Below are positions 24,985 to 36,953 of a DNA stretch of 64,000 bases, piece by piece (the first letter of the stretch is position 1; every line of letters begins with the position of its first letter). A program made the position numbers and the translations under genes. Source of the stretch: Amoeboaphelidium protococcarum X5 (lineage: Eukaryota; Fungi; Aphelidiomycota); assembly GCA_023515725.1 (NCBI GenBank), contig JALDTO010000146.1, forward strand, positions 744,001 through 808,000, read 5' to 3'. The notes below the pieces were generated by a model. That model saw only the letters and a list, made by a program, of their open reading frames with translations, searched no databases and was not told the DNA's origin.

Positions 24985-26053
24985 ATGCCCGTGAAAATTG
25001 CCGTCATTGGCGGATCTGGAATTTATCATGTGGATCATATGGAGTTGGTGGATGAAGTCTACCCATTGACTGTAATATTGTAATTATCTGTCTTGCCATC
25101 ACAATTACATTTGTGAATCCGTGTAGCCTTGGGGATATCCGTCAGACAAGATCAAGATCTGCAATCACTCTGAAGGTGGATTTCAGATTGCATTTCTGTC
25201 AAGGCATGGCAAAGGTCACTTCTATAATCCATCAGAGGTTCCTTATCGCGCCAATATCGCTGCTCTGAAATCTCTTGGTGTTGAAGTAATTATTGCATTC
25301 TCAGCGGTAATCTATCTCGTGTATCTTTACGCGTATTTTGATCAGTTATGCTTGTCATTTACTTTTGTAATGTAGGTCGGCTCACTGAAGGAGCATATTA
25401 AACCGATGGACTTTGTTCTGCCAAGTCAGTTGGTTGATAGAACTAAAGGTGTCCGTGATCATACATTTTTCGATAATGGAGTTGTGGCTCATGTCGGATT
25501 TGGAGACCCTATCACACAAGAGCTGAGCGATATGATTCTTCAAGTAGCCAAGTAGGAGGGTGTAATGCGTCCACACTCTGCTCAAGAAGAAATCACTATA
25601 CATTAGGATTGTACTCTGGTCGTGATGGAGGGCCCAGCATTTTCTACGCGTGCAGAATCCAATTTCTATCGCTCTGCTAATGGCCTGAATGCGGATGTCA
25701 TTAACATGTCGTCCCTTCCAGAAGCAAAACTGGCCAGAGAAGCAGAGATATCATACGCTGTCGTCTGTATGGCCACTGATTATGATTGTTGGCGTGAGAG
25801 TGAAGAATCTGTCTCCGTAGAGGGAGTGGTCAAAGTGATGCACCACAATTCCGATAATGCAAAGCGCCTTCTCTCTGCACTGTTGGATACCATAGAGGGT
25901 AGAATGAAAGCCAACAATGGTCAGCTGTTGATCGGCACTGGCCGTGGAGCGGTGATAAAGGGAAGTATGAAGCATGCTGTGATCACCTCCCCGCACCACC
26001 GCAACGCAGATCAAGTCAAGAAACTTGATTACATCCTACCAGGTTATTTTTGA
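24985..26053 (+). CDS. MEU1: S-methyl-5'-thioadenosine phosphorylase; introns 25072-25126 and 25307-25375
   Basis: [70 protein letters not shown]. Confidence 0.95.
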
Positions 26054-26158
26054 ATAAAGTTTTTTTATTACTAAAATTCAAAAATATTTTTTATAAAACG
26101 CGCGTAATAGTTGCTCTTTACCATTGCCTTTTATCTTTCCCGCAAACTGTATTTTAAA

Positions 26159-26606
26159 ATGACATTCAGAACGGCACTATTATCCGCCGTTGCAGGTGGA
26201 GTTACCTCTGTGCTGACATATTAATACATTCATGAATAGCTACATCCTAATGAATAATCCTACGGGAATGATCAAACAACAAGTCAGCAGTCATTGACAA
26301 GTTAGATTTCGGAGACTTATCATAATGCATTGGCTATGGTTGGATAATCTTAGAGTGGCTCTCAGTCATTGAAGAGAAGCGTAAATGACTTGGATCTGGA
26401 CAAATTCAAGGTATTATTATTATTATACACTCGGAATTAATTATTATAATTTTTAGCGTATAATTGTTCAGTAGGTGTCTCAGGCTGATGCCATGTCTTA
26501 AAAGCAGTCTGTGGATAAGGAGCTTGACTATTAAGTGAGGCGATGGAAAGACGCCTGGAATACTCAGATTTACAACTTGAGTGAACAACTTAATAAATAC
26601 TTATGA
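26159..26606 (+). CDS. Small mitochondrial-type protein, possibly MICOS subunit Mic12-like; intron 26411-26456
   Basis: N-terminal hydrophobic ALLSAVAGGVTSVLTY and C-terminal RRWKDAWNTQI resembling the Mic12 KxxWNxxI motif. Not visible in the track because of TAR codons. Confidence 0.55.
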
Positions 26607-26817
26607 CTTTATCAATAGTGTACCTCAGTTTCAAACTTTTTATAATTTTGATATGAGTTATAATAGGTAGGTATGTATAGTTGACATCTTCCTTCTCGTT
26701 CGATTCCAATCGTCGCGTGAGACAAATTTCTATTTTTGACATGAAGCTTCTTCATTCATCTTTTCTCCGTTTAAATCACATAAGGAAATATTTTTGGACA
26801 ACGTATCTGAGATAATA

Positions 26818-27429
26818 ATGCTGGCTGTTAGATACGCGTGTGATCCTTGCATTAGAGGCCACAGAGCCTATAAGTGCCGTCATACTGATAGGACATTGCG
26901 CCCAGTGAGATCGAAAGGTCGACCTCAGACTCAATGTGCAGAGTGCAAGAAAATTCGAAATAGATTTAATAATCACATCAAATGCACTCACTAAAATGCA
27001 TAATAGTAGTAATCATCATCAGATTAACAGTCACAAAGTGATGAGGTTGAATAATTTTCACAATTTGATAATCCACAAATGATGGATGTCGACTAGATTG
27101 TGGACGAGCTGTAGAATATCCCTGCTGAAACATTGGTGCCGCGTGACTGTAGTTTGCATTTGGATTGTTCGTGCCGGGGTGGAATATGTTGCGGTCCGTC
27201 ATATAATGAGTCATAATAATATTAGCAGTACTGTGACTCCTGCTCAATATCATGTACTTGCAGAAACAAGTTTTATTAGATGCCTGAATAGCAAGATCAA
27301 CCGGTGTCATCATCATAAATGAACATTGTGCAGGCCGTGCTCGATGCTCAGCGTTGCTCTTGTGGATGTTTCAAAAAGTTGTCAGACTGCAGTGACTGCC
27401 TCAGAGACGATTGCTCTCTACTCACGTGA
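26818..27429 (+). CDS. Copper-fist (Ace1/Mac1/Cuf1-type) transcription factor with Cys-rich C-terminus, ~203 aa
   Basis: RYACDPCIRGHRAYKCRHTDRTLRPVRSKGRPQTQCAECK...HIKC is the copper-fist signature. The frame continues through TAR codons to TGA 27427. Confidence 0.88.
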
Positions 27430-27552
27430 TTATTGCAAAGATTTATTCATTTAAAATATAGTTTTTCATTTTAGAATTAATTATTACTCTTCGAAAGGTA
27501 TTTTCTTCTTGGTCATTGATTGAGTTATTTTCGCCGATTGGCCAAGAGTGAA

Positions 27553-30408
27553 ATGTTGCAGCAACTGATCACTGATTAAATCAAGAGTGAGAATGCGTTG
27601 GTCATTGTAGCACCAGGACTGGACATATTTGACTCAATTCTGTAATGGATAGTTGCCTGTATAAAAGTAGATTTGAGTAAAAACAATAATAATGAAGTGC
27701 CATTAGTATTTCTGCTGAATGCATCAGATGAAGAAAATCAACTAATTCGAGACTCAATTCAACGTCAAGGCCTGCGACAGAAGTAGGGTGATTTGTTCCG
27801 AGTAGTCGACTCGACTCTCTCCGTTCAGGATAGACAGAAGCTGTACCTGCGGGGTGGAGTGATCAGTGTTGGTACGCGATTTCTTGTAGTTGACTGGTTG
27901 AATGACCGCGTTCCGTATCCTCTAGTCTCTGGCGTCATTCTAATGCATGCGGACAAGTTGGCCAAAAGTCTTGAGGCGTCTTATGAGTCATTTGCGCTGA
28001 AACTGTTTCGCGAGTCTAATCAGGCCGGTTTCATAAAGGCTTTCAGTGACAGGCCGGAAGCTTTCGCGGCTGGTTTCAACCGATTGGAGAAGACGCTGCG
28101 CTATCTTCATGTTGATCAAGTGTACTTTTACCCGCGATTTCATGTTCAGATTGTCTAGTCATTGGAGGCAGTCAGTATTGATATGCATGAATGTTAATAG
28201 CCAATGACTGCTGCAATGAATCTGATCTAACGCGCCCTGATCGACATTATGGATGGTCTCTTGCTGGAGATTCGGAGATCTAATCAAAATCTGGATGCAG
28301 AGACTCTGACTGTGGAGAATGCTCTAAGTAAAGATTTTGACTTATAGCTAAGATTCCTTTTAAATCCTCAGTGGCACCGAGTATCTCCGCGAATGAAGAG
28401 AACCATATCAGATTTGACAGAGATGAGAAAGCTGCTCAAGTATCTGGTGCAGTATGATTGTATTTCCTTTTGGGAGTACTTGGAGAATGCACTTCTCAGT
28501 GAAGGATTGAATAGGGACGGCTTTGTTAGTCCTTGGCTCACTATGGATGCTTCAGATACTCTGATAAAGTATGCAAGAGAACGCGTATATAAAGTTACTA
28601 ATGGTGATTCTGGAGTTAAGTAGTTGCAGACTGTTTTAGAGTTGAATCCAAAGTGGATTTTGGTTTAGGAATTGATCAAGGAATTTGAGACTTTGAGTAG
28701 CATTACTAAAAGTACACGCAGGATTCTGATATTAGTGAATGATATCAAGACTTCACACTTATTGAAAGAGTTCCTGTGCTGTGATGAAGAGGTTGCAGAT
28801 TAGTATTAGGAAGTTTCAGATAATCATTATATGCAAAAGCTGTGGTCCAAGTATACTTATCGTTCATAACAAATGAAGACTTTGATTACAAAACTGAAAG
28901 AGCAATCTTCTAGTAATGATATGGTCTAATAGCAGTCAGTTACTACAACATCTGGCAGTGGCGAGTAGCAGCGACCATAACAAGCCATTCCTTAGCCTGC
29001 TAGGAAGAGATAGCGTAGATAGAGAGGTGCTCATAATCAGCTGAGTGGAACAATACCTGCCGGTGATAAGAGTAAGAGCGCAGAGCTAAAATTTGAGAGT
29101 ATGCTTAATCAGATTCAGGAGGAAGGAATGCATTCTTTACAGGCTACGGATGACATGGATGATCTTTATGACGACATCTTGCAAGTATCATAGACTGCTA
29201 TTGGTGAATTGGCTATGATAATCAACGACTCCACCCATATAGTTATTCAAGTGTACGATAACGACAATTACGGTATTGCGTAGTAGCATTTACAGGATTT
29301 TCATCCAGACGCGGTTATTATGATGGACCCCAATCCGTAGTATATTCGTGAAATTGAAAGCTTTGCACTACTGAATCCATCTCATAAACTGCAAGTGTCT
29401 TTTGTCGTTTACGAACATTCTGTTGAAGAGTAGAGATATCTCACCACCATAAAGAAGGAGAAGCAGGCATTTGAGCGTTTGATTAGGGAGAAATCTGTGC
29501 TATCTGTGCGCGAAGGAGATTTAAGAGTTCATCGAGAGGAGCTGTCTTCATCTAATGCTTTAGTAAATAGAAATAGAATTGGAGGTGGCTCTTTATAGTT
29601 GGATTTGCCTGCATTGAATGCTTCGATACCATTAGCTGAGAGGCCATTGATAATTGTGGATATGCGCGAGTTCAGATCACAATTGCCCGTTATACTTCAC
29701 GCTAATGGATTTCATGTTAGGCCTATCCAGATTGAAATTGGCGATTATATCCTTACTCCCAAGATTTGTGTTGAGCGTAAGAGCTTACCCGATCTGGTGG
29801 GCAGTATCTAGTCGGGCAGATTATTTAGTTAGTTGGAGGCCATGTCGCTGCACTATGAGACTGTCATTCTACTGATTGAGTTTGATCCTGGCAAGTCGTT
29901 CTCGCTTCAAGACATAAAGATTCACACCACCGGCTCAAATGCTCAGTAGAGTACCGTCATTCAACGGTTGGTGTAATTTACGCTATAGTTCCCGAACATG
30001 AGAATTGTTTGGTCGACATCGCCGCATGCCACTGCTGATATATTCAAGGATCTCAAGTCTAAATAACCGGATCCTGATGTCGAGGCTGTTATGCGTATCG
30101 GTGCAGACGTTTTCCTGTAATAACAGCCGTAGAATCACATTGAAAATGGTTCTAGTGGCACAGTCAACAATAATGACAACGGCGAGTCTGCGGCCAATTC
30201 AACGTCTCTGGAATTCAATGTGATCCCTGTCGATATGCTTCGCCTTATGCCTGGCTGCGAAGGACTCTCATGGAAATACGTGGTAAATCAAGCTAAAGAT
30301 TTAAAAGAGCTTTGCATGAAATCTCTGTCCGAATTATAAAATACCTTGGGCAATGATGAAGGCGCTCGATAACTGCACAAATTTCTTCATGACAGCTAGA
30401 ACAAGTGA
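27553..30408 (+). CDS. RAD1: DNA repair endonuclease XPF/Rad1/Rad16 (ERCC4), ~951 aa
   Basis: [23 protein letters not shown][TAG][46 protein letters not shown][TAG]SGRL. Confidence 0.95.
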
Positions 30409-30509
30409 ATGAATTATACCTCTGTGAAATACACTGACTATTAAATGGTTTTTTAAATCTTATAGATATTCATGAGCTCTGACAGTTAAGTTTACAACTA
30501 ATAAGAATA

Positions 30510-32342
30510 TCAATGTTAGCATTAGAGGCCTTATTGAATGTGATTTTAAACCAGTTCCAATGCAGCACCTAAAGACCATCCAGTCTCGATGCCGTTAATC
30601 TTCTTTCTGATTATCAATTTCTATCTCGGATCCAACCCATATCCAGTATGTAGCAAGTGGAAAATATAAGTGAGATCCAGACAAAGCTCTGGCATGTACT
30701 TTCCAAGCTTTGAATTCTAAGTCTTCTTCTAACTGGCTGTCATCAGAGACATTGCATGAGAGATAAACTCATCACGACCGCCGAAATGAGACCATAAATG
30801 ATCAGAGATACCAATGGTGGATACTGATTTGGGATTACAGATAACATGTGCCAACTATTGGACATCTCTTACCGTCCACTCGGCATGGGAATCTTTATCA
30901 GAATCTAGGTGAAGTATCATTCTAGTCTTGTCATAAAAGTAGGAGAAGGCGTACAATTCCGCACCATCCAAGTCGGTAAAGGATTATTATAAATGAGGCT
31001 AGAAGATACCATTGAATGAACATGATGCGGGCTGGTATGTGCAAGTCTTTTTATCGAATAATCTCCTGATAATATCGCTGCATTACTCATACGACTTTTA
31101 ATCACTCTTTGCTCCAACCATTAGAATAGAGCTCTTTTAGTTCTATGACTGTTTTACTATTTCAGTGTAAGACTCTGGCATACACGGATTTATGAAAACT
31201 GCCTATAAATCAACTCCATCAGATTTAGTACCTAATGAGGCAGTATATTTCTTGACCAGACTTTTATCTTTTACTTACAGCGAAGGGGTGTCAATAACTA
31301 TCTTATTGACTTGCTTGCGAGCTTCCATTAGACCATACCCAAGATAACTGTACTGATACAGGACAAACTCGCGATTACTTATCACCTTCTCCTCATAATA
31401 ATCTCCACATGCGTCCTCCTGTTTAGGATCTTTAACAATATTCAATGGTGGAACTGAACACTGCGGTTCAATCGATGTGATCAGAGATGGATCATGAAAG
31501 TTGGGCTGGAATACAATCTACGTAGATCCACCACCAAGATCCATTATACCAATAGTCGCTTATCCTTATACAGTTAACTAACTTGCAGATTCATTCAACT
31601 TTCCCATTAGGAAATTCACAGTCATCCAGGCATATAGAGCCTCATCTTTTCCATCCATGATCCCCACTGCATTACTGTTACTACCACCACCTGATGCGGC
31701 TGAATTATGGACCTCCTTCATCATATAAAATGGCCACTCTGATCTCAAGTACTAATATACAGCTTTCAATATCATATCCGCTTTATTTCCCTCCAACAAT
31801 CGAAGTCCAGCGGTGGCTCTTACAATCAGAGGTGTACAAGATTACTAATGCTTCGGTATATCTTACACAGCTGTTTCAAGCAGAGGCTTCAGACTAAGAG
31901 CAGCCAGTCGGGGATCATCGCTGTAATGAGACAGGCCAGGTGTAAGATAATCGAATGTCTCATTGAGGAGACGCAGCGAAGCATTGTCGTTTACACAGAA
32001 CTTGTACACGTGTATCCTAGAGCCAGTGGAACCAGCATCTATCACAATACCATAGGTAAGTTCGCTGCACTTGTTCTCTTCTGATTATTACGATTAAAGC
32101 CTTGTATGCAGTGGAGAGTAGTATTGTATAAAAGTCATCATAGAAGTTCCAATCTTGAGCCAATAGAAGATTACCAACATGGCGACAATTAGGGATAACA
32201 TCTTGTAGGTGAAAAAGTTCTAGAATCCGTATCTCCGCTATTTCGCTTGTCGTGATTATAAATGTCCTTCTGATGACATACTATTAGAGTCAATCTATAT
32301 AGCTTCCTTGGAGGAAGACTTGCGATGTTAAATTACGCTCAT
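30510..32342 (-). CDS. GDA1: GDA1/CD39 family nucleoside diphosphatase (Golgi GDPase-like, type II membrane), ~610 aa
   Basis: Apyrase conserved regions VIDAGSTGSRIHVY, ATAGLRLL, MDGKDEALYAWMTVNFL, DLGGGST[TAG]IVF, ETGWSLGA, plus an N-terminal TM segment. Confidence 0.93.
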
Positions 32343-32890
32343 ATTGCTGTATGTGAAATATTCTCAACAAGCTGTGTTCAAAACAATAAAGAAGAGAGAG
32401 AGAACATTTTCTCGATATCAAAGCTTTAGTTCATAGAGAATTGAAACATTTATTATTAGAGTAAATATTTTTGTGAGTACTTGAACCTGTAAAGAAGGCT
32501 ATTTTGTTTTATCGTATGTATTGAATGCAATTGTAGATCTCCGCTACTGCGGATGTAAATCAAACCCCTGAGACACCGAAAGTCCTTAAAATCGAGGGCC
32601 AACGCGCCGTGTCTAATCTACTTTATTTTACCTTTGCGCGATATATTAATCTGGACTCACAAAATGTTGGAATCTGAGTGTATTCACGGAATCGTGATTG
32701 GTCGTTTCAGAGACTAAAACACGAAGATTGGAGAGAAGTGATATTGATCAAGACTGATTGGCTGGAATCTATATTGATCTTAGCGAACAACCTCTAGTTA
32801 GAATGAATAATGAATTTCTTCCCGTTTGAGAACGAATACATTTACATTTTTACTTGAAAATCCAACACAAAAATATATCTGATATTTGAT

Positions 32891-33352
32891 ATGAATCCGT
32901 TCGAGAGTTATATGCTTTGTCCGTGCTGCGGAAGACCGCTGGTAAATGAGCACAATGTACGAATTTTGAGGCTAAGAATTCTGGCCAGTGGCGCGGCTTG
33001 TGGATTGGCAGGTGCCGCAGCATTACCTCTGCTAGGATTTGGTTTAGCTGGCATTACCTCAGGTAGCTTTGCAGCATGGGTATAAGTGCCAGCGGTTGCC
33101 GCAGGAAGTACTTTTGCCATATTGTAATCTCTTGGCGCCACTGGAATGGGAATTGTTTTGTTTGGCAGTATCGGTTCAGCTGTGGGATTGATATTGCCAT
33201 TGGCTGCTAGTTTAGGCTGGTGTACGTGCCAAACTAATACTAACGATGACTGTGCTAAGAGCAATATGAATATCGTTGAAAACAATCAGCCTGACTCTAA
33301 AAAGGTTGGTGATCCTACGAGTGAAGGCTCTGATTTGAAAACTACTCTGTGA
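32891..33352 (+). CDS. IFI6/IFI27 (ISG12)-like small membrane protein, ~153 aa
   Basis: LGFGLAGITSGSFAAWV[TAA]VPAVAAGSTFAIL[TAA]SLGATG matches the GF..AGI.AGS.AA...VAAGS..A.LQS.GA motif. Confidence 0.8.
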
Positions 33353-33617
33353 AAACTACACAGTGAAAGCATCATGAGAATTTGCGCTTTGAATCAACCC
33401 AGTTCAACAAAGACCTGATTTAGTCAAATACATTGCTTAAGCAAAGAGGAATCCCTCTTGTGAATTTCACTTTCTATTATCTACAAAGCTTGCCCACTTT
33501 TTACTTTTAGCGGTAGACGTTGTTTATTGATAGGATGTTTTTACGGCAAATATGGATGCATTCAATCTGAAATAAATATTGTATTATGTCAAAGTATCAC
33601 TGGATTCATCATTATTA

Positions 33618-35003
33618 TCATTAAGGACAGGTTATAAGGGATGCAGACGCGTAGACATTGTAATTAGTTCTGGCTCTGAATTGGACCCAATCATCTGGAA
33701 GACTATTAATTTGCAAGTCAAAATGAACATCCATACCTACTTCATTCTTATCAGACTGGCCATTGTCGAAGTAACACCACAGTCCTTCATCTGGACACTG
33801 ATCACCTATCACAACAGTGAGTTCACTGAGTGTGGATACTAGCTGGCGATCAGCTTCTGGTTTCTTGCCACCATAATCTTGGTTAATACGGCCTTTAGGT
33901 GTTATACGCCAGCAGGTGTTACCGTAATTCTTATTCCAGTAGTTGAGACCGATAGCTGCCACTGCCATTCCATTAATCTTACCTGGACGCCAAGCACAAG
34001 ATGTCGGAGATCCAGACTTTTCGTACCAAGTGATTGAAGCCTCCAAATTAGAAGCTGGACTTTCATTAGGTTTATCCAAGCACTAGGAATGCCCAAACCA
34101 ATGCTGGTTACCAGATTCCTCAGCAGTGGGAAATCGAGTCTTCCCATAGCGATTAGCCTCAGTGCCATTATTGCCAGTTTACTGCTATTCTGGATATGAA
34201 GGAGGATTTGGGGTAGGTGTTGATGGTTGTTAGTCTTGAGGTGGCTACTCATCCGGCTTTGGGACTTAATACTATTCTTATTCTTATTATTACTGTTGTT
34301 GCTATTACTCGCCTTCAGCCTTCTCCCCCTGTTAATTTGGTGGAGGATTCGGTGGGGTTGAGACATTAGGAATTTACGACTCTGGAGCTTCCTCAGGTGT
34401 AATCGGCGCAGGCTGACCATCTGGCAGATAGTTGTTAGCGTCACCACCTCCATTACCAAAGAAGTTGCTGAAGAATGGAAATCCTGATAGGAAATTCATC
34501 TAAGCAGAAGGCTGTGCGATGTTGAAGGATTATTACGGAGTAGGACTCGGATTCGGAGCAGTGGGTGGTTGAGGTGCCTCAGGAGACGCGACTTTCTGTG
34601 TAGGCTACATTTAAGCATAGGAAGGCGAGTTTCCAGGTGATGGCGCGCTTTAGCCGGATTGAGGCTTAGGAGGAGCAGGAGCAGGAGAAGGATTGGTAGT
34701 CGGTTGACGCGGTGTAATAGGAGGCGGACTGGCTTTCGGCGGACAAACGTACGGCTTAGGCATTTAAGCTGACCCTTTAGCAGCTGATTAACATTAATCT
34801 TCAAGACTCTGGCACTGACTACGCATGGACTCAGAGAAGGATGGACAATTCCAGCACTTTTGAGCAGATTGCTCGCGACATCGCTAATGGAGAGCATTGT
34901 CCCAGCCACCTTGTTACTTCTTGTTCTGATTATTTTGAGGTAGAGATTGGACTGTACATTATTGACTAATTAACACGGCGGATATGATAATTTCGTATTT
35001 CAT
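33618..35003 (-). CDS. Secreted protein: six-Cys module, Pro/Gln-rich linker, C-terminal GH45-B/expansin-like DPBB domain, ~461 aa
   Basis: Signal-like MKYEIIISAVLIS. C-terminal ASITWYEKSGSPTSC...VAAIG...NTCWRIT...VVIGDQCP..LWC...KNEVGMDVHFDLQ...CP[TAA] then TGA. Confidence 0.8.
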
Positions 35004-35312
35004 GGCTAAATATATGTTTCTTGTTTAATTGTTAAGAGAAGAGTGGGATTAGTAAGTACTACCGTGACATTGTTAGATTTTGTGATCAGATTGATCTGTT
35101 ATCATAGGCTCTGCCGGGCGCTATGGGTTGCAATTGTCACTGCGCCTGACCAAGCTGATCACTTGAGCTTTAAGACTTTCATTGATAATTCGACTTATCT
35201 AATGGTTATTTAGGAATCACTGAAAACAGCGTAAAGTGGAGATGGTGATAAGATAGTAGCTAATAAGTAAAACTAAAATATATTCATTATTGATTAGAAC
35301 GTGTCAACACAA

Positions 35313-36605
35313 TCAGTAAGAAGGCTTATTCTTCTTCGCGTCCTTGTCCTTGATATCATCTTCACAGTCCTCATCTTTAGGCTGCACCTTCTTTGGAGGT
35401 TCCTCCTCGCAGTCTTCATCCTTTGGCTTCTAGACTGGCTTCACGGTGAGAGGAGCTGGTGCGGTGCTGTTAGCAGGCTTCACTTGAGGAGCTGGCATAG
35501 TGCTATTAGCAGGCTTTGCAGGGGCTGGCATAGGAGCTGGCTTCGCTGGAGCTGGCATAGGAGCTGGCTTCGCTGGAGCTGGCATAGTGCTATTAGCAGG
35601 CTTTGCAGGGGCTGGCATTGGCATAGGCTTTGCTGGAGCTGGCATAGGCGCTGGCTTTGGTGGAGCTGGGGCTGGCTTTGGGGCCACAGGAGCTTTCTTT
35701 GGCTCATCCTCCTCACAATCTTCATCCTTCTTGTATTTATGCTTAGGCTTACATTCTTCGCAGTCCTTGTCATCCTTCTTGGGCTTCGGCTTTGGTTTGC
35801 AGTCTTTGCAGTCCTTGTCACCCTTGGCCTCATCTTTAGGAGATGGTTTTGGCTGTGGCTGTGGCATCGGCATCGCAGGCTTAGTTGCATTTACAGCGGG
35901 AGTTGGAGCGACTGGTTTGGGCATAGGAGCAATTGGTTTGGTAGCTGGAGGCACAGGTGCAGCAGGCATAGACTGATTAGCAGGAGGCATCGGCGCTACT
36001 GGCTTAGGAGCCGCAGGTATCGGTGCTGGCGGCTTTGGAGCGGCAGGCATTTAACCTGGCATTGGCTGAGGTTTTGGTTGACTAGGATTTGGCATAGGCT
36101 ACTCAGGCATCGGTTACGCTGGTTTTGGCTAAGCAGGCATCGGCATAGGCTTTGGCTACGCAGGCATTGGATTTGGCATGGGCTAACTAGGCATTGGCTG
36201 AGGTTTTGGTTAACCAGGATTTGGCTAAGCAGGCATTGGCATAGGCTAAGCAGGCATCGGCTTACCTGGACCTCCTGGACATTGGTAAGGCGGAGGCATT
36301 TAATCACGACCAGAACATGCTCTCTGACATTGATCTTTGATTTTGTCGCAGTCTTTCATGCCCATTGGGTTGCCACCAGCACAGCTCACACAAGGTTGGT
36401 ATCTTGTGCTCAGGCATTCATCGTAAGCAGCACCATCATTTTTACCACCCATGCCACCAGGAAGACCTCCTTTGCCCATAGGGCCTCCTTATTTGTCGTC
36501 ATCGCAGTCTTTGCCTTTCTTGCCCTTAAGGCCTTTAAGACCGTGATGGCCGATGGTAGCAGAGACAGCAGCAAGATATAATGCAATTAAGGTATAAGAT
36601 TTCAT
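35313..36605 (-). CDS. Secreted non-catalytic Pro/Ala/Met/Lys-rich repeat protein carrying the same six-Cys module, ~430 aa
   Basis: Signal MKSYTLIALYLAAVSA, Cys module, PMPAQP and PAPAKPAPM repeats, KDCKDCK, KDCEECK and DEDCEE motifs. Track ORF 35430-36050 is in frame. Ends at TGA 35313. Confidence 0.85.
35455..36262 (-). repeat. Coding imperfect tandem repeats (27-30 nt units, PAPAKPAPM / PAPAKPANSTM / PMPAQPNPGQPKPQ)
   Basis: Repeated units such as ggagctggcttcgctggagctggcatag are directly visible. Confidence 0.85.
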
Positions 36606-36953
36606 TTTTATATTTAAAATTGTGTTGATATAGTTTATAGAATAAAAAGATGATGGAGGCAGATACTGAACTTATAACGGTGCTGTGAGTTCTGATCTGT
36701 GTGACCAGATTGTGCTGCATTGATTGGTTGATTCGAGTCGCACCATACTCGCCTGACTTCAAATGTAACCAGAACTGATCCATCGATTTGTACAACCTCT
36801 GAAATGCTGCGATGAAGCTCAGAGATATCAGAGATATGAGCTTTTTAAAATGTATAATATATGAGCACTGTATAAAAGGAAATAATATGTGTAATATCAA
36901 AATTCATTGCTTTTTATTCATCATAGATTCAATCAAATTAAAAACTCAATTAA

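Noticed and set aside
35455-36262. Repeat array considered as CRISPR or satellite
   Set aside because: Units are multiples of 3, degenerate at synonymous sites, lack unique spacers and cas genes, and the context is eukaryotic.
35301-36581. 426-aa (+) ORF and 158-aa GAGAG silk-like (+) ORF in the track
   Set aside because: These are antisense shadows of the Pro/Ala-rich repeat gene on the minus strand, which has a signal peptide and the shared Cys module.
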